Origin: Callorhinchus milii | Lineage: Eukaryota | Assembly: GCF_018977255.1 (NCBI RefSeq) | Contig: NW_024704807.1 | Coordinates: 186,001 to 250,000 of the forward strand | Direction: 5' to 3' | Length of the DNA stretch: 64,000 nucleotides | In this document: piece by piece, positions 48,901 to 60,779 of the stretch | How positions within the stretch are numbered: position 1 is the stretch's first letter | Layout of the letters: every line of letters starts with the position of its first letter | Translations under genes and position numbers: made by a program | Notes under the pieces: generated by a model | Told to the model about the DNA's origin: nothing | The model's database searches: none | Seen by the model: the letters and a program-made list of their open reading frames with translations, nothing else

Positions 48901-51900
48901 ACACTTGAGAAATGAACAGACTGTATAACTACTTTTTAGAAATTAACAGGCTGTTTAACTTCAGGAAAAGATCTCCATATATTCCATTATTAACACGGTT
49001 TGGGCATTTTCTTCTGACTGCACTGTGCAACGTGTCATACATTATTTGGCCTGAGATATTCTTCAGTATAGTATGAATATTTTTCGTTATAATTTCGAAA
49101 ATGTGACGACCACATATTCTGCAACAAAAAATAACAAATGTTATGTCCTTGACTTGCAAAGTCCAGTTGATCAACATACCTTTCGTGGTCTGCATCGTCC
49201 TTGGAATCCTGTTAGCAGTGGTACTGTTTGCACTGATAGTACAGATGGACAGCAATTCTTCAGGAACAGGTGAGCCTGGAATCTGGTCTCACAGCACTGC
49301 CTGGAGCTCCGTTATCAATTCAGAAGAAATCCTACTGATGCACGTCTCTCTCTTGTTAATTTAATACTCTTGTCTGTTTTTACCATCTCGATTTCATTGC
49401 CTATGTTCACATGTATCTCTAAAGTGGAACAAACTGAAACTAAAGACATATACGTTCAAATGCGTAGCTCAAACACAAACACAGATGCATAAAGAAACCC
49501 ACCAGACACAATTAAGCCTCAACGTAAACTGAGCGCAACAACATATATTTCGTAAAGAATACNAAAAAAGTAGTTAAATTGACACAAAAACGTAGATACC
49601 CAAAGCATCACATATACACAGTTGTATTAACACACCAACACACAGAGCTAAGTAGATATTTGTAGGTACCTAAATACAAATGCACAGTCATATTTACCGA
49701 TTGAAACAAACACTTACAAAAACAAGTACACTGATGAATAATGAGGCAATAGTGACGATGATATATTGATATTTTCAAATAATAATACTAACGTAACATG
49801 TTCCAGATATTTACACATCAATTTCAAACTCCACTGTGCAATTTCAGGTTAATATTTTAATTTCTGTACATGTCAACTTCCAACAGAGGAAAAATATCCG
49901 TCTGTTCGTTTGTATCAAGCAATTTATGAAGAAATTGAGGAAGAACCAATCAGAAGAAGAAGCGTTGAGTCTGGCTCCTCTGGTATATAGTTTACAATTA
50001 AGTTTTTTGTATCTCTATCATTGTAAAGACAAACGTCAACATCAGTATCCCGATTGGTGGCAAATGCAAATGATTGAATGCGCTGTGGATAGGATTTCAA
50101 GCTTTTATTCAGAGAACTGAAAAAGCCACATCTTGTTGCGTTGTATCAATTTACCCACTTAATAGAGAGAAAACCTACTGAATACTTCAATTTGTTCGGT
50201 CTTTCAATTTTCAAATATTATCAACGATGATTTCTGCATTTACCAATTAAATTAAGTTACATTATTTAATTTAATATACAGTAAAATAACTGTTAGATAG
50301 TGGGTTTTATAACTTCACCAAAACGAATCCTACAGAAATTAATATAAGCGATGGTTATAGTGTGTCTGTAGTCGCAGCGAATATCTAAAATAATACCATG
50401 TTTTCAAATGTGTCATTCGTAGCCTAAACAGAGGCAGTATTCAAAAATTATATTAATATTATTTAACCAACTTGCTCCTGGTATGTTAAAGATTTTCTCT
50501 TGATCAACATCATATTTTTGAGCGGTTGACCATGTCTTTATCCATGGAAAGTGATCCACGATTTCGGAAAAAAACTCTCATTTTTTATACCTTTTTTCAT
50601 TTTGATATTGGAGTCGAATTAGGCTCTAAGAACCTCTGTAATGTGACAGTAATGACATTATTTGCACAGTTTCAGGATCCAACGATTCTATCAGTAAACT
50701 GGAGTACTACACTGGGGAGAGTGTGAATGGATCTGATGCAGAACAAGGAAACGCTGAGGTGTTTCTTCCGAATGGTGAGTGAGTGAAAAAATTATTGTGT
50801 GCGATACAGCCTCTGATCAATTCGACGAGACGTTTCAAAGCACTTCACATATGTTTACTGTGATTTTTAGTGATTGTATATCTCTTGGTGAACTGGAAAG
50901 GCAATTTGTGCGCAAAATATGCACAGTAATCAGGAGGAATGTGGGGCAACCCTCCAGTATAAGAACTATTTCCCTTTTGAGATTTGCAATATTTAAATTC
51001 CAGCTAAACATCCAAACGGAGCTCAATGCACTGCACTGCTGTGGAGTGTTATCCAGAGTGTGATCTTAGTCCCCGAGTGGATTACAATCAGAAACTTCCG
51101 ACCCAGAGGCCAAAGAGCTCCCAATTTATCCAGTTTTCACAGTAAAACAAGCTTTAATCTTCAGATAAAGTATCTAAAAAGAAATTCAGGATTTTTTCAT
51201 AGTTCAGGCATAAGATACATTGAGCACCACTGTGTCCAAATTTGGGTGGATATGGATAGACATTTGGGGAAGACAAATTTGCAGGGCTGTGGGGAGAGCG
51301 CGGAAGAGTTGGAGTAATTTTGGTCGCTCTTTCAATAGATGGACTGAATGGCCTCCTTCTGTGCTGTATAATATTATGATATCTGCCTCCTTATCCCATC
51401 TGAATGTTTGAGTGCGTAAGACTGACTCACTGTTAACAGATCATCTTCAGGAAGATTACGACGTAGCTGAGGGTGGAACCTTCCAGATGGCGGACCGGGG
51501 CCTCCTCCTGGTCACTGACACACACCCTGATGTCCCCGCACTGACCAGTCACACTGTCCAGGAAGCCTCGCTCTGTCAGGGTAAGAGCCGAACTGTCATG
51601 TCTTAACTTACCGCCGGAGATATTTAATCAGCAACACATCTGGGAGTGAAAATCATCATCACAGTCGCAATTATCATCAATCTTCCATTCCATACAGAAA
51701 TGTAATGGCATAAGGACAACAAGGATCACAATTGTGCAGTGCCTTTCAAGTTAGGACGTCTCGGACAGGCTTCAATGTGTAGTGACTGTATGTGTAGGCG
51801 AGTTGGTACGTGTTTGCACCATGGGATTGGTAATAGGGCAGCTGGAGATATTTGGCCTCGCTGTGATATCTAAAATCAGAATAATTAGTGGTCGATGTGC

Positions 51901-52770
51901 AATCTGAAATGGATATTTCTCGGTTTGATGAATTCATCTCCGAGGCGCTCTGTAACGCCAATAATTGCACATACAGAATGGTGCTCTGTGTAGTGTCAAT
52001 AACTGCACATATAAAATGGTGCTGTGACTTTCCGATTAACGCAGATATCCTTGTTTCTACGTCTTGTTAATAACAACCAAAATGCAGTGAAGGAAATAAT
52101 CGTTCACAGCACTATCAGCAATTATTGAAACGCGCGTTTAAAAATTTATAATCTCATTAAAATTTAACAAGTGAGGAGGAATTCCATCTTGAATGCCCAA
52201 CCTTTCCAGTTTTTTTAAAATGCTGATTGTAGTGATGGAGGTAAGACACACAATCAGAAATCCAAGATGGTTATCTCCGCAATCGGTATTTTTCCTCACA
52301 CACAAACACACAGATACACACGCAGAGACTCACAGACATACACAACATACCTGTGTACACACAGACACAAACGCAGCACATACACGATCATAGACAGACA
52401 CAGGCGCACACAGACAGACACACACCGAGACACACAACACACAGACACTCACAGACAGATAGGCACACACAGGCAAACACACAGACAACACACATAGACA
52501 CACAGACTCACATATATACAGACACACAAATGCAGACGCAGACGCACACTTACAGACACACAGTGACACCTTTCTGAATGTAATCACTAATAAATGATGG
52601 CTCTCTCTGCAGAGGGTGGACATCACACAGACAGTGACCCGCTGTTTCCTGTTGACACCAGTCAGTGTGGTTATGATTATGATGATATTGACTGTGAGAA
52701 TGACACCGAGAAGAACAGACCACTTCCCATTGGGAATCAAAGGGAATCTCCTGAGCTCTGCACCGTCTGA
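39894..52770 (+). CDS. CD163/WC1/SCART-family group B SRCR type I membrane receptor: 6 SRCR domains, TM, Tyr-motif tail; signal exon not located
   Basis: Exons, all phase 1 with AG/GT: 39894-39926, 41271-41600, 43966-44280, 45050-45364, 45847-46164, 47286-47600, 47694-47768, 48271-48582, 48724-48762, 49162-49269, 49887-49982, 50676-50774, 51440-51580, 52613-52770 (TGA). They join into one open frame of ~884 aa. Confidence 0.85.
41271..41600 (+). CDS. SRCR domain 1 (6 Cys)
   Basis: LRLANGGSPCAGRVEV..WGTVF..VVCKELGCG..VQC..RDC..DAGVICS. Confidence 0.95.
42352..42674 (-). mobile_element. tRNA-Ala-derived SINE (intronic)
   Basis: Full consensus, reverse strand. Confidence 0.92.
43590..43911 (+). 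mobile_element. tRNA-Ala-derived SINE (intronic)
   Basis: Full consensus. Confidence 0.9.
43966..44280 (+). CDS. SRCR domain 2 (8 Cys)
   Basis: KLIGGSNACSGRVE..GTICDHYW..FNC..HCPV..CTHDNDVTVVCS. Confidence 0.95.
45050..45364 (+). CDS. SRCR domain 3 (6 Cys)
   Basis: LRLESGVSGCDGRVE..WGRLLDDSW..VQC..WNC..DVGVICS. Confidence 0.95.
45847..46164 (+). CDS. SRCR domain 4 (8 Cys)
   Basis: [54 protein letters not shown]. Confidence 0.95.
46444..46771 (+). mobile_element. tRNA-Ala-derived SINE (intronic)
   Basis: Full consensus. Confidence 0.92.
46861..47220 (-). mobile_element. tRNA-Ala-derived SINE with duplicated internal segment at its 3' end
   Basis: Full consensus followed by a second copy of ttactccacacagagcct..aaaaac before the ATT tail. 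Confidence 0.88.
47286..47600 (+). CDS. SRCR domain 5 (8 Cys)
   Basis: [42 protein letters not shown]. Confidence 0.95.
47694..47768 (+). CDS. Inter-domain linker exon (EKAPEKRERAKLCDGRSPDHQIRLS)
   Basis: ttttgatgcAG..GTACTG, 75 nt, phase 1-1, open. Confidence 0.7.
48271..48582 (+). CDS. SRCR domain 6 (8 Cys, membrane-proximal)
   Basis: [48 protein letters not shown]. Confidence 0.95.
48724..48762 (+). CDS. Pro-rich stalk exon (GKPPRPPVPNPSF)
   Basis: gtgttgcAG..GTAAAT, 39 nt, phase 1-1. Confidence 0.65.
49162..49269 (+). CDS. Transmembrane exon (IPFVVCIVLGILLAVVLFALIV)
   Basis: Hydrophobic stretch with donor GTGAGC. The acceptor (AAG at 49159-49161) is the best phase-1 candidate but is weak. 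Confidence 0.8.
49887..49982 (+). CDS. Cytoplasmic exon 1 (IYEEI motif)
   Basis: EEKYPSVRLYQAIYEEIEEEPIRRRSVESGSS. Confidence 0.85.
50676..50774 (+). CDS. Cytoplasmic exon 2 (KLEYYT)
   Basis: GSNDSISKLEYYTGESVNGSDAEQGNAEVFLPN; AG/GTGAGT. Confidence 0.8.
51440..51580 (+). CDS. Cytoplasmic exon 3 (EDYDVAE)
   Basis: DHLQEDYDVAEGGTFQ..SLCQ; AG/GTAAGA. Confidence 0.8.
52300..52565. repeat. CA-rich simple repeat
   Basis: Degenerate (CA)/(CAGA)n. Confidence 0.9.
52613..52770 (+). CDS. Last coding exon (YDYDDID, stop TGA 52768-52770)
   Basis: EGGHHTD..CGYDYDDIDCEN..ELCTV*; donor GTGAGT at 52793. Confidence 0.8.
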
Positions 52771-54214
52771 TCGCAACATCCCCATCAAACAGGTGAGTTC
52801 ATGATTTACAGCATTACTTACATCACAGAAAGCCGCCAATGATTGATATGATCGTCCTGGTGACATGTGTACTAGTAGTCACAGTTACAGGTGATTGTAA
52901 TGGTTATACAACTTGACCAACACCGGTCAGTGATTTTAATCATTCACAATCCTGACTTGAGGCTGATATTAGACAGAATGGCAGTGATCATGTGCAGCCG
53001 TCACACATGTATTCACGCCAATTGATGATGGAATTAAAATTAAAAACTTCTTGTCAGAAACTTCACAGTGATGTGATCCATGGTTGGATGCGACTAAAAC
53101 GTTAATTTATATTTACTATTCTAAACTGTTGGAACTATTTTCTTTATTTGACTCAGAGATTATTGTTCCTATACGTTACGCGCAAAACTTTTATTTTATT
53201 TTCCTGAATCAAAATTTAATTTCACATTCTGCTATTTGAGCGTAAAAAGTCCTTCTTCCTTTGTAAATGTGGTATCAAATGGCAGAAACATTAACTAAAA
53301 TAGTTGGAAACAGTCTCTCAAACAGCAGCCGGTGAACGAATCCCAAGTAACCGCCCCAGAGATTGTCATTGCCAATGTGCTGTACTTTAGGATGTTATAC
53401 ATGGATCAATATTATGTTATTGATGAGAATAAATTATTTCCTTTAAATAATATCTTTTATTGTCTATTTAACAGAGCCATTCAACCGAAATTTCATCACC
53501 AATAATTACTGATTATCTTTAGATAGAAAACCAGAGGATAAAATGAATACACACGTTCGACCAACTTACCAAAGCAATTAATATGAACCCGTGTCACATC
53601 TTTCTGTGATAGCAAGTTTCCATGTGTGTTCTGTGTAAAACATTCCTCTGTGATTTTCAGAATGATTTGTTTGCATTTCAGGGTGAATTTAATGCATATT
53701 TTAAACATTGCAGTAAACTGATGCCTTTGTTCGTGTTATCATATTACACAGAAAATGGTTGTATTTTTATCCTTTTCTAATTTGTTTTGAATTTACTTTT
53801 ATGCTTACGATTCTAGACTGCAACTGCGCTTACGATTTTTTTTTATTTTCTCGTCATTTTAAAACATTTATTGTGATAAAATTATAAGATGACTGCACAT
53901 AATTGATTAGTTATTTTTGTTGAATTATATCAATCATCTTATTTTATCTCCCCTAAAATGAGTCATTGGTCAGTTGGATTAAAAAAGATCCAGTTTCAGA
54001 TGAAACTTGTATTCGAACCAGAAAGTTCTATGTTTATTCTGTAAACCACGGCGAGTATTAGTTTTGGGAATAATGGTAAAAGTACACGAGCAAACAAAAG
54101 AGAATTGATGTGATGACAGCACCCACCATGTGTCACAAGAGTGATATCTGCTCTTACCTGTTCATCTAATTAACAAACAGATTGTAAATGGTGAGTTAAA
54201 TTCAAATAGACTTC

Positions 54215-54220
54215 AATAAA
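54215..54220 (+). terminator. Candidate polyadenylation signal of the SRCR gene
   Basis: AATAAA ending an AT-rich putative 3' UTR exon that begins at acceptor ttaacAG (53475). Confidence 0.4.
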
Positions 54221-54401
54221 GAGCAAATGGTCATGTGACCGCCCAGTTGTTTGCCATTGTTTTCAAGTGCAGAACACACAAACCACTTACATCTGTCTGT
54301 CCCTGACCACAATGGATTGCAGAAGAATTAGTAGGTTCGTAACCTGAAATTCGGTGTGATTCTCACGAAATACAGCCTGGATCATTGGAGAGGTGTGAGG
54401 T

Positions 54402-54900
54402 AGAGGGCAGTGATGTGGGGTAGAGTGCAGTGATGTGGGTAGAGGCCAGTAATGTGTAGTAGAGGGCAGTGATGTGGGGTAGAGGGCGGTCATGTGGGTT
54501 AGAGGGTCGTGATGTGGATTAGAGGGCAGTTATGTAGGGTAGAGTGTAGAGATGTGGGGTAGAGGACAGTGATATGGATTAGAGTGCAATGGTGTTGGGT
54601 AGAGAGTAGTGATGTGGAGTAGAGGGCAATGATATGGGGTAGAGGGTAATGATGTGGATTAGAGGGCAGTGATGTGGGGTAGAGGGCGGTGATGTGGGAT
54701 AGAGGGCAGTGATGTGGGTTAGAGGGTCGTGATGCGGATTAGAGGGCAGTTATGTGGGGTAGAGAGTACCAATGTAGGGTAGAGGACAGTGATATTGATT
54801 AGAGTGCAATGATGTGGGGAAGAGGACAGTGATGTGGAGTAGAGGGCAATGATATGGGGTAGAGGGTAATGATGTGGATTAGAGGGCAGTGATGTTGGGT
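54402..54900. repeat. 20-bp minisatellite (~25 copies)
   Basis: Unit agagggcagtgatgtggggt. Confidence 0.95.
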
Positions 54901-55384
54901 TGTCCAATCCCGGCTGCTCGAGCGCAGATGGCAAAAACTGGCCTGACAGATCACCACCAACTGTGGCTCGAGCATCTCCACAGCTACAGACTTTCTTTGA
55001 CCCGTGAGAAAACGGCCTTCTTCTCCGACATCATCCTGGAGACAAAAAAACAATTCTAAAGGCCTTTGTTTCCACTACCCATTACCTCCTCCGCTCGCTC
55101 CCTCAGGCCTCCGCAATCTTCGCATCGAACGCCATGTGCGAGGAGGTCATGGACTTCTTTTCAACTATGGTAAATATGTCCGCCTGGCAGCCTCATGCTC
55201 CTGCGTCTTGTCACACACTAGCACTGCATCTTCGCGTCCCTCAGCCTCCCACCTCTCTTCCTACATTCAGGGCCGCGCCTTTGCTCACCTCCTTCCCCCT
55301 CCCCCTCGCTCCGCCTCGGTAATATTTATTGCAAAGCGCTCTGAGCTTGGACGTCGCTACACAAATCTAAGTTTTTGTTGTTGA
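54900..55384 (+). mobile_element. Degraded L2 fragment (internal part plus tail)
   Basis: Similar to 33160-33420 (gcgaggaggtcatggacttc vs gcgaggagatgctggatttc); ends in a tail-like ttgttgttg. Confidence 0.65.
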
Positions 55385-55406
55385 TTGTCCATCAACTACA
55401 CAGTCT

Positions 55407-56255
55407 CTGAGCTCCAATGTCTGTGCTCTGCCCTCTGTACCCGTGGCCTCCTGAAGCTCTGAGCCCCTATGTCTGTGCCCTGCCCTGTGCATCCTTGGCC
55501 TCCTGAGGCTCTGATCTCCAATATCTGTGCTCTGCCCTCTGTTCCCGTGGCCTCCTGAGGCTCTGAGCCCCAATGTCTCTGCCCTGCCTTGTGTTCCCGT
55601 GGCCACCTGAGGGTCTGAGCTCCAATGTGTGCGCTGTGCCCTGGGTACCCGTGTCCTCCTGAGGGTCTGAGCTCCAATGTCTGTGCCCTGTCCTGGGTAC
55701 CCGTGGCCTCCTTAGGCTCTGAGCTCCAATGTCTATGCTCTGCATTGGATACCCGTGGCCTCCTGAAGCTCTGAGCTCCAATGTGTGCGCTCTGCACTGT
55801 GTACCCGTGGCCTTCTGAGGCTCTGAGCTTCAATGTCTGGGCTCTGCCCTCGGTACCCGTGGCCTCCTGAGGCTCTGAGCTCCAATCTCTGTGCCCTGCC
55901 CTGGGTACTCGTGGCCTCCTGAGGCTCTGAGCTCCAATGTCTGTTCCCTGCCCTGGGTACCCGTGGCCTCCTGAAGCTCTGAGCTCCAATCTCTTTGCCC
56001 TGCCCTTGGTACTCGTGGCCGCCTGAGGCTCTGAGATTCAATGTCTGTGCCCTGCCCTTGGTACTCGTGGCCTCTTGAGACACTGAGCTCCAATATCTGT
56101 GTCCTGCCCTGGGTACCCGTGGCCTCCTGAGGTTCTGAGCTCCAATGTCTCTGCCATGCCCTGGGTACCCATGGCCTCCTGAGGCTCTGTGCCCTAATGT
56201 CTATGCTCTGACCTGGGTAACCGTGGCCTCCTGAGGCTCTGAGCTTCAATGTCTG
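55407..56255. repeat. 52-bp minisatellite (~16 copies)
   Basis: Unit ctgagctccaatgtctgtgccctgccctgggtacccgtggcctcctgaggct; the overlapping ORFs are artefacts of this repeat. Confidence 0.95.
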
Positions 56256-57193
56256 TGCTGCTGTGTGGTTGTCTGTTTCAGGGGGAATGCAGTTTAATAT
56301 TTTATATAGTTCGCTTCAGACTCTCTGAAATAACCTCACTTTAATATTGTCTCTCCTTTGTGAATCAGAACTAACATCCAGTGGTACAGGGAAAGGCAAG
56401 TGAGATGGACAAAACACGTCATACATTCAAAGACCTCTCCAACAAATGTCTCTCTTCTGTTTTGCAAACGCTCCACACACAGTGATACCTCTCTGCGAAG
56501 TAAAGAGTGACTATGGCAACTGATATCCGATAACATCTCATCTGGCTGAGTGTTTCCTGCTTGAAATCAACTGTGTTTGCATGTGAGTGTGCGAGAGAAA
56601 GAGACCGAGGTGGGGGTGGGGTGTATTTATCCATATCCACTATTATTAATACTAACGTTATGAGGAGAAAATGAATTTCCCTTGCGTTCTGTGCTATAAC
56701 TGCAGGCATCGCAAACACTGGAGATCAAATCACTGAAATTTAAACCGCAGAGGCCCAATTTCCCTAACATCTGAGTTGTGCTCACAGTCGATACTTCTGC
56801 CGGCCAGAACCACCTCATGTAATTAAGTGTAACCATCATTTGATCACACATATTCCAAATGACTTCACTCTGAGCTATAAATTACTACAGTTCTGTGCTG
56901 ACTTTTTGTGTTTGAAAGAGTTACCATTGGAACTGCTGTCAGATTACATCTGAGCTGCTGCTTGTTTTCTGCTTGAGACAAGTATGTCTGTTTGTGTGTA
57001 TGTGTGTGTGTGTGCGAGAGAGAGACATACAGAGAAATAAGAGTGGGACTGACTGCGAAAGCTAAAGCGACAGATTATCAGGAGAGTTAACATAAATTTA
57101 TTTTGACTTGGCACAGGCTTCGCCCTGCAGTTTCTGTTGCTTTGTTGAAGGTTCTGGATGTGGAGCTAGAAATAAATTCCGTCCTTAATAATG

Positions 57194-57227
<34 letters not shown>

Positions 57228-58519
57228 GTGCTTGTGTGTGAGAGAGAGAAAGAGACGGGGGATGGCAGGTTGGGGGATGTCATTTTTTGGGAGGTGGGCG
57301 TGAAGGGGTAGGAGGTTGGGGGACGAGGACTACTGGAGCGGAAGCTGCAGAGGCAGATCATACACAGTGTTAAAAAAAAAGGATTTTAGTCGACACGGCC
57401 TACACCAAGAATTTCTGTTGTTTTGCAGCAGGACCTGGGATTGTGGTTGAAGCAAATAGCGGCAAAATTAACACATTAGATCGAGTTGTCTCAATCCACT
57501 ATTATTGCACCTTGAAACATGTCAAATAACGCAAATAATGTAGCAGCAAAGAACAAAATATGTAGCGCAAATAGAACATTTACGAGAGTTGCTGTACTAT
57601 AATTACAGGCCTCTGAAACACTGTAGATCAAAGCTCTGTAGATTTAAAACTCAGGCGACAACGTGCTCACATGTGTGTCGGGTTCACACCCCACATGTCT
57701 ACCCGCCAGAGCTAACTCATCGGAGCAAATATTTGATCACACATATTAGGCCTATTCTACCGGTCAGTGGCGAATTAACACTAATTCAAATGGTAATAAT
57801 ATTTACTTTATTTGGTTTAACATTGTTCTCACATGGCCCTCGATACTTGTTACAATTAAATTGACTTTGTTTTTGTAATTTTCACTCTTTGTTCTGGGAT
57901 GCATTAATATTTAACAGGAACTGCACGAAAAACATAGAGTAAGCAGTGACGCTCACCCCCATATCATTGTATACATTACCCTGATCGTTGTCAATGGGTT
58001 TACACTATTCGCCAAAATATTTCTTGCCTTCATTTGTCCGTACAGACAATAAGTTGAATTCGTACTCCAAGCGAAGGCCAATGGTCTCTGAATAGCAATC
58101 AACATCTCTGTAAAAGAGGCTTTGTCCAGTATTACCTTAATATTCCTTGGATTTGATACAGTCCATTATCAAATCCTAGGGACTTAAAAATGTGCTTCAC
58201 AGAATATATAGTAAAATAATGTAGAATATACTGTAACTATTTAGAACATTTTGGTAAATAAAGCAACATGTTTCTATTATTGTACTTTTTCTCTCCAGAA
58301 CATTGTTTTGGTTCGAGTAATAAAGCGTTAACTTAAGAGATCCGCAGCCCTGCTTTGCTGTCGGCTTTTGACAACATTACAATCAGATAAGAAAGCCTGT
58401 CTCCACTCTGCAGTACCTCGGGTGGCCACAGGGGAGCAGATATTTACGCAATTCAATGTGGAAGATCAGCTGGTAATAATAATAATAACCCTTGCATTTG
58501 ATATAGTGCTTTTTTTTTT

Positions 58520-58752
58520 GACCCGAGTTCAATTCCAGACAGGCCGAAACCTTGGGCAAGTTTCCTTACTCCATACACAGCCTAATAATAATCCCTCCAA
58601 AAGCCATAAACAATAATAATACTAGTCATTTTCAATCTACGACTGTTTGTGGGACATTGGCTGCCGCGTTTGCCCACAAATATACAGTCAATTCACTTTA
58701 CATTGTGTTTCGTGAAGCGCTATATCAAATGCAAGGATTATTATTATTATTA
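58520..58752 (+). mobile_element. 5'-truncated SINE
   Basis: Starts near box B, has an internal deletion, ends in (TTA)n. Confidence 0.8.
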
Positions 58753-59320
58753 TAGGCCTGGCTTCTCTATAACAGGCTTGTTCTCTGCATAACAGGCCTG
58801 GTCACTCTTTAACAGACCGATTATCTACGCAACAGGCCTGACCTCAGCATAACGAATCTTTTCTCTGTATCAATTGTCCCGTCCATGTAAAACAGGCCTC
58901 TCCATATATAACTTGACTAGACTCTGCAACACAAGTCGAGTCAATGTTTAACAGGTCTGCTTCCTGCATACCAGGCAAGGTTAATCTATAACAGGCCTGG
59001 TCATCTCTATAACATGCCTAGTCTCTGCATCACAGGCCTGGTCTCTGTATAACAGGCCTGGTCTCTGCACAGCAGCTCTGGACTCTGTATAATAGACTTT
59101 GTCTCTGTATAACAGGCCTAGTCTCTGTTTATCGTGTCTGGTCTCTCCAGAGCAGGTTATCTGTAAATCAAGCTTAGTTTGTGTTTATCGGGCCTGTTTG
59201 TGTATAGAAGGCCGGGTGTCTTATAACAGGCAATCTCTCTGTATTACAGGGCCTGGTTCTGTAGAACAGGCCTGGTCTCTGTATCATAGGCGTTGTCTCT
59301 TTATAACAGGCCTGTTCTAG
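58753..59320. repeat. Degenerate 20-bp minisatellite
   Basis: Unit aacaggcctggtctctgtat. Confidence 0.85.
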
Positions 59321-60779
59321 CTATTCTAATAATAATTATTGCGTTTGATTCAGTGCATTATCGCATCTTAGGGGCATCTTATAGTGCTTCACAGAATATA
59401 CTTTAAAATGAATTGATTGCATATTTTTTTGGGTAAATGCGGCACCAAATTTCGGAGAGCATCGTCCCACAAACATTTTTTGATTGAGTGACCACATTAT
59501 TATTTTTTACAAGAACATTTCTTGGAGGTATAAACAGCCCTAAATATGAGAAAAACTCAGAAACGTTTTCACACACACAACAGTATCACTTACACATTTA
59601 TAAACTTGATATTCTTGTTGAGTTAATCAGTCATGAAAATGGATTATCGAGTGCCTGTTTGTATACAGATTCATCGACTCACTGATATTAATGCAGATCA
59701 ATAGTTTTACAAATTACCAACAACCAAAACATTCAATAGTTCCATGCTTCCAGTAGATACACTGACACTGTCATTCGCAAATCCAACTGAAGTACATAGT
59801 ACCATTCCTCACCATTGTAGCACAATACATTGCATATCTGAATACATTATTGAAAGGATCTGTACAACTTATTATGCAGATTGACGTTATTTCAACGATA
59901 CCTCATTCGAAAATTTTATTTGAGAAAACTGGATAAATAAACCCTGTATGTCAGTCACACGTAAATAGGTTCAGACTTTGTGTATTATTAACTGATGGGA
60001 TGTGTTTAAAGGAAATCATGAATCCAAGAAAAATCCTGGACGTGATGGATAACAGAAATATCCAAAGGGCAGTGTGTCCCAGCCTTACTCAGTGGAATCA
60101 ATCTAACCTCTGGGTCAGCAGTTTGTTGGTTCAAGCCCCATATTGGGACATGGAATCACATTGCCTTAACTAGATTTCTAGTGCAGTGATGGGGCTGTGT
60201 TACATCGTTGGAGGTGCGGACCTTTGCATGAAACGTTCAACTCAGATCTGGCTGACTGTTCAGATGGAAGTTAAATGTCCAATGGCACTTAACTATTCCC
60301 AATGTGAAGCATCATCCCAGAAATTTCTGAATAAAAAACGAGAGTGCTACTGAGCTCCTGAGACAGACTGACACACATTCACTTTATTCCCTTTCAGTAC
60401 TACTCTTGCGTCAATCAGTAAGAAATCTTTTTCAAAGCTGATAATAGAAATTCCATTGTTTATCCATAGATGTTTACTCAATATGAATATTTGTAATATA
60501 TTTCTTATCAGTGGGAATATTCTGATTAATTATGAATCCGGAAATCATTGTTGAATGAAATACATATTTGCACATTTGTGGTAAATAAAGCAACATGCTT
60601 CACTTTTGTGCTTATCTGTCCAGAACTTTGTGTTGCTTTGAGTAATAAAGAGTTAACTTTTGAGTTCCCCAGCCCTGCTGTCATGTCGGGTTTTGAGAAC
60701 ATTACGATCAGATAAGGAAGCCATTCTCCAGTCTGCAATATCTCTGTTGTCCACAGGTGGAGCAGATCTTTTTGTCTTT

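Noticed and set aside
55396-56249. Several 100-200 aa repetitive ORFs
   Set aside because: Products of the 52-bp minisatellite.
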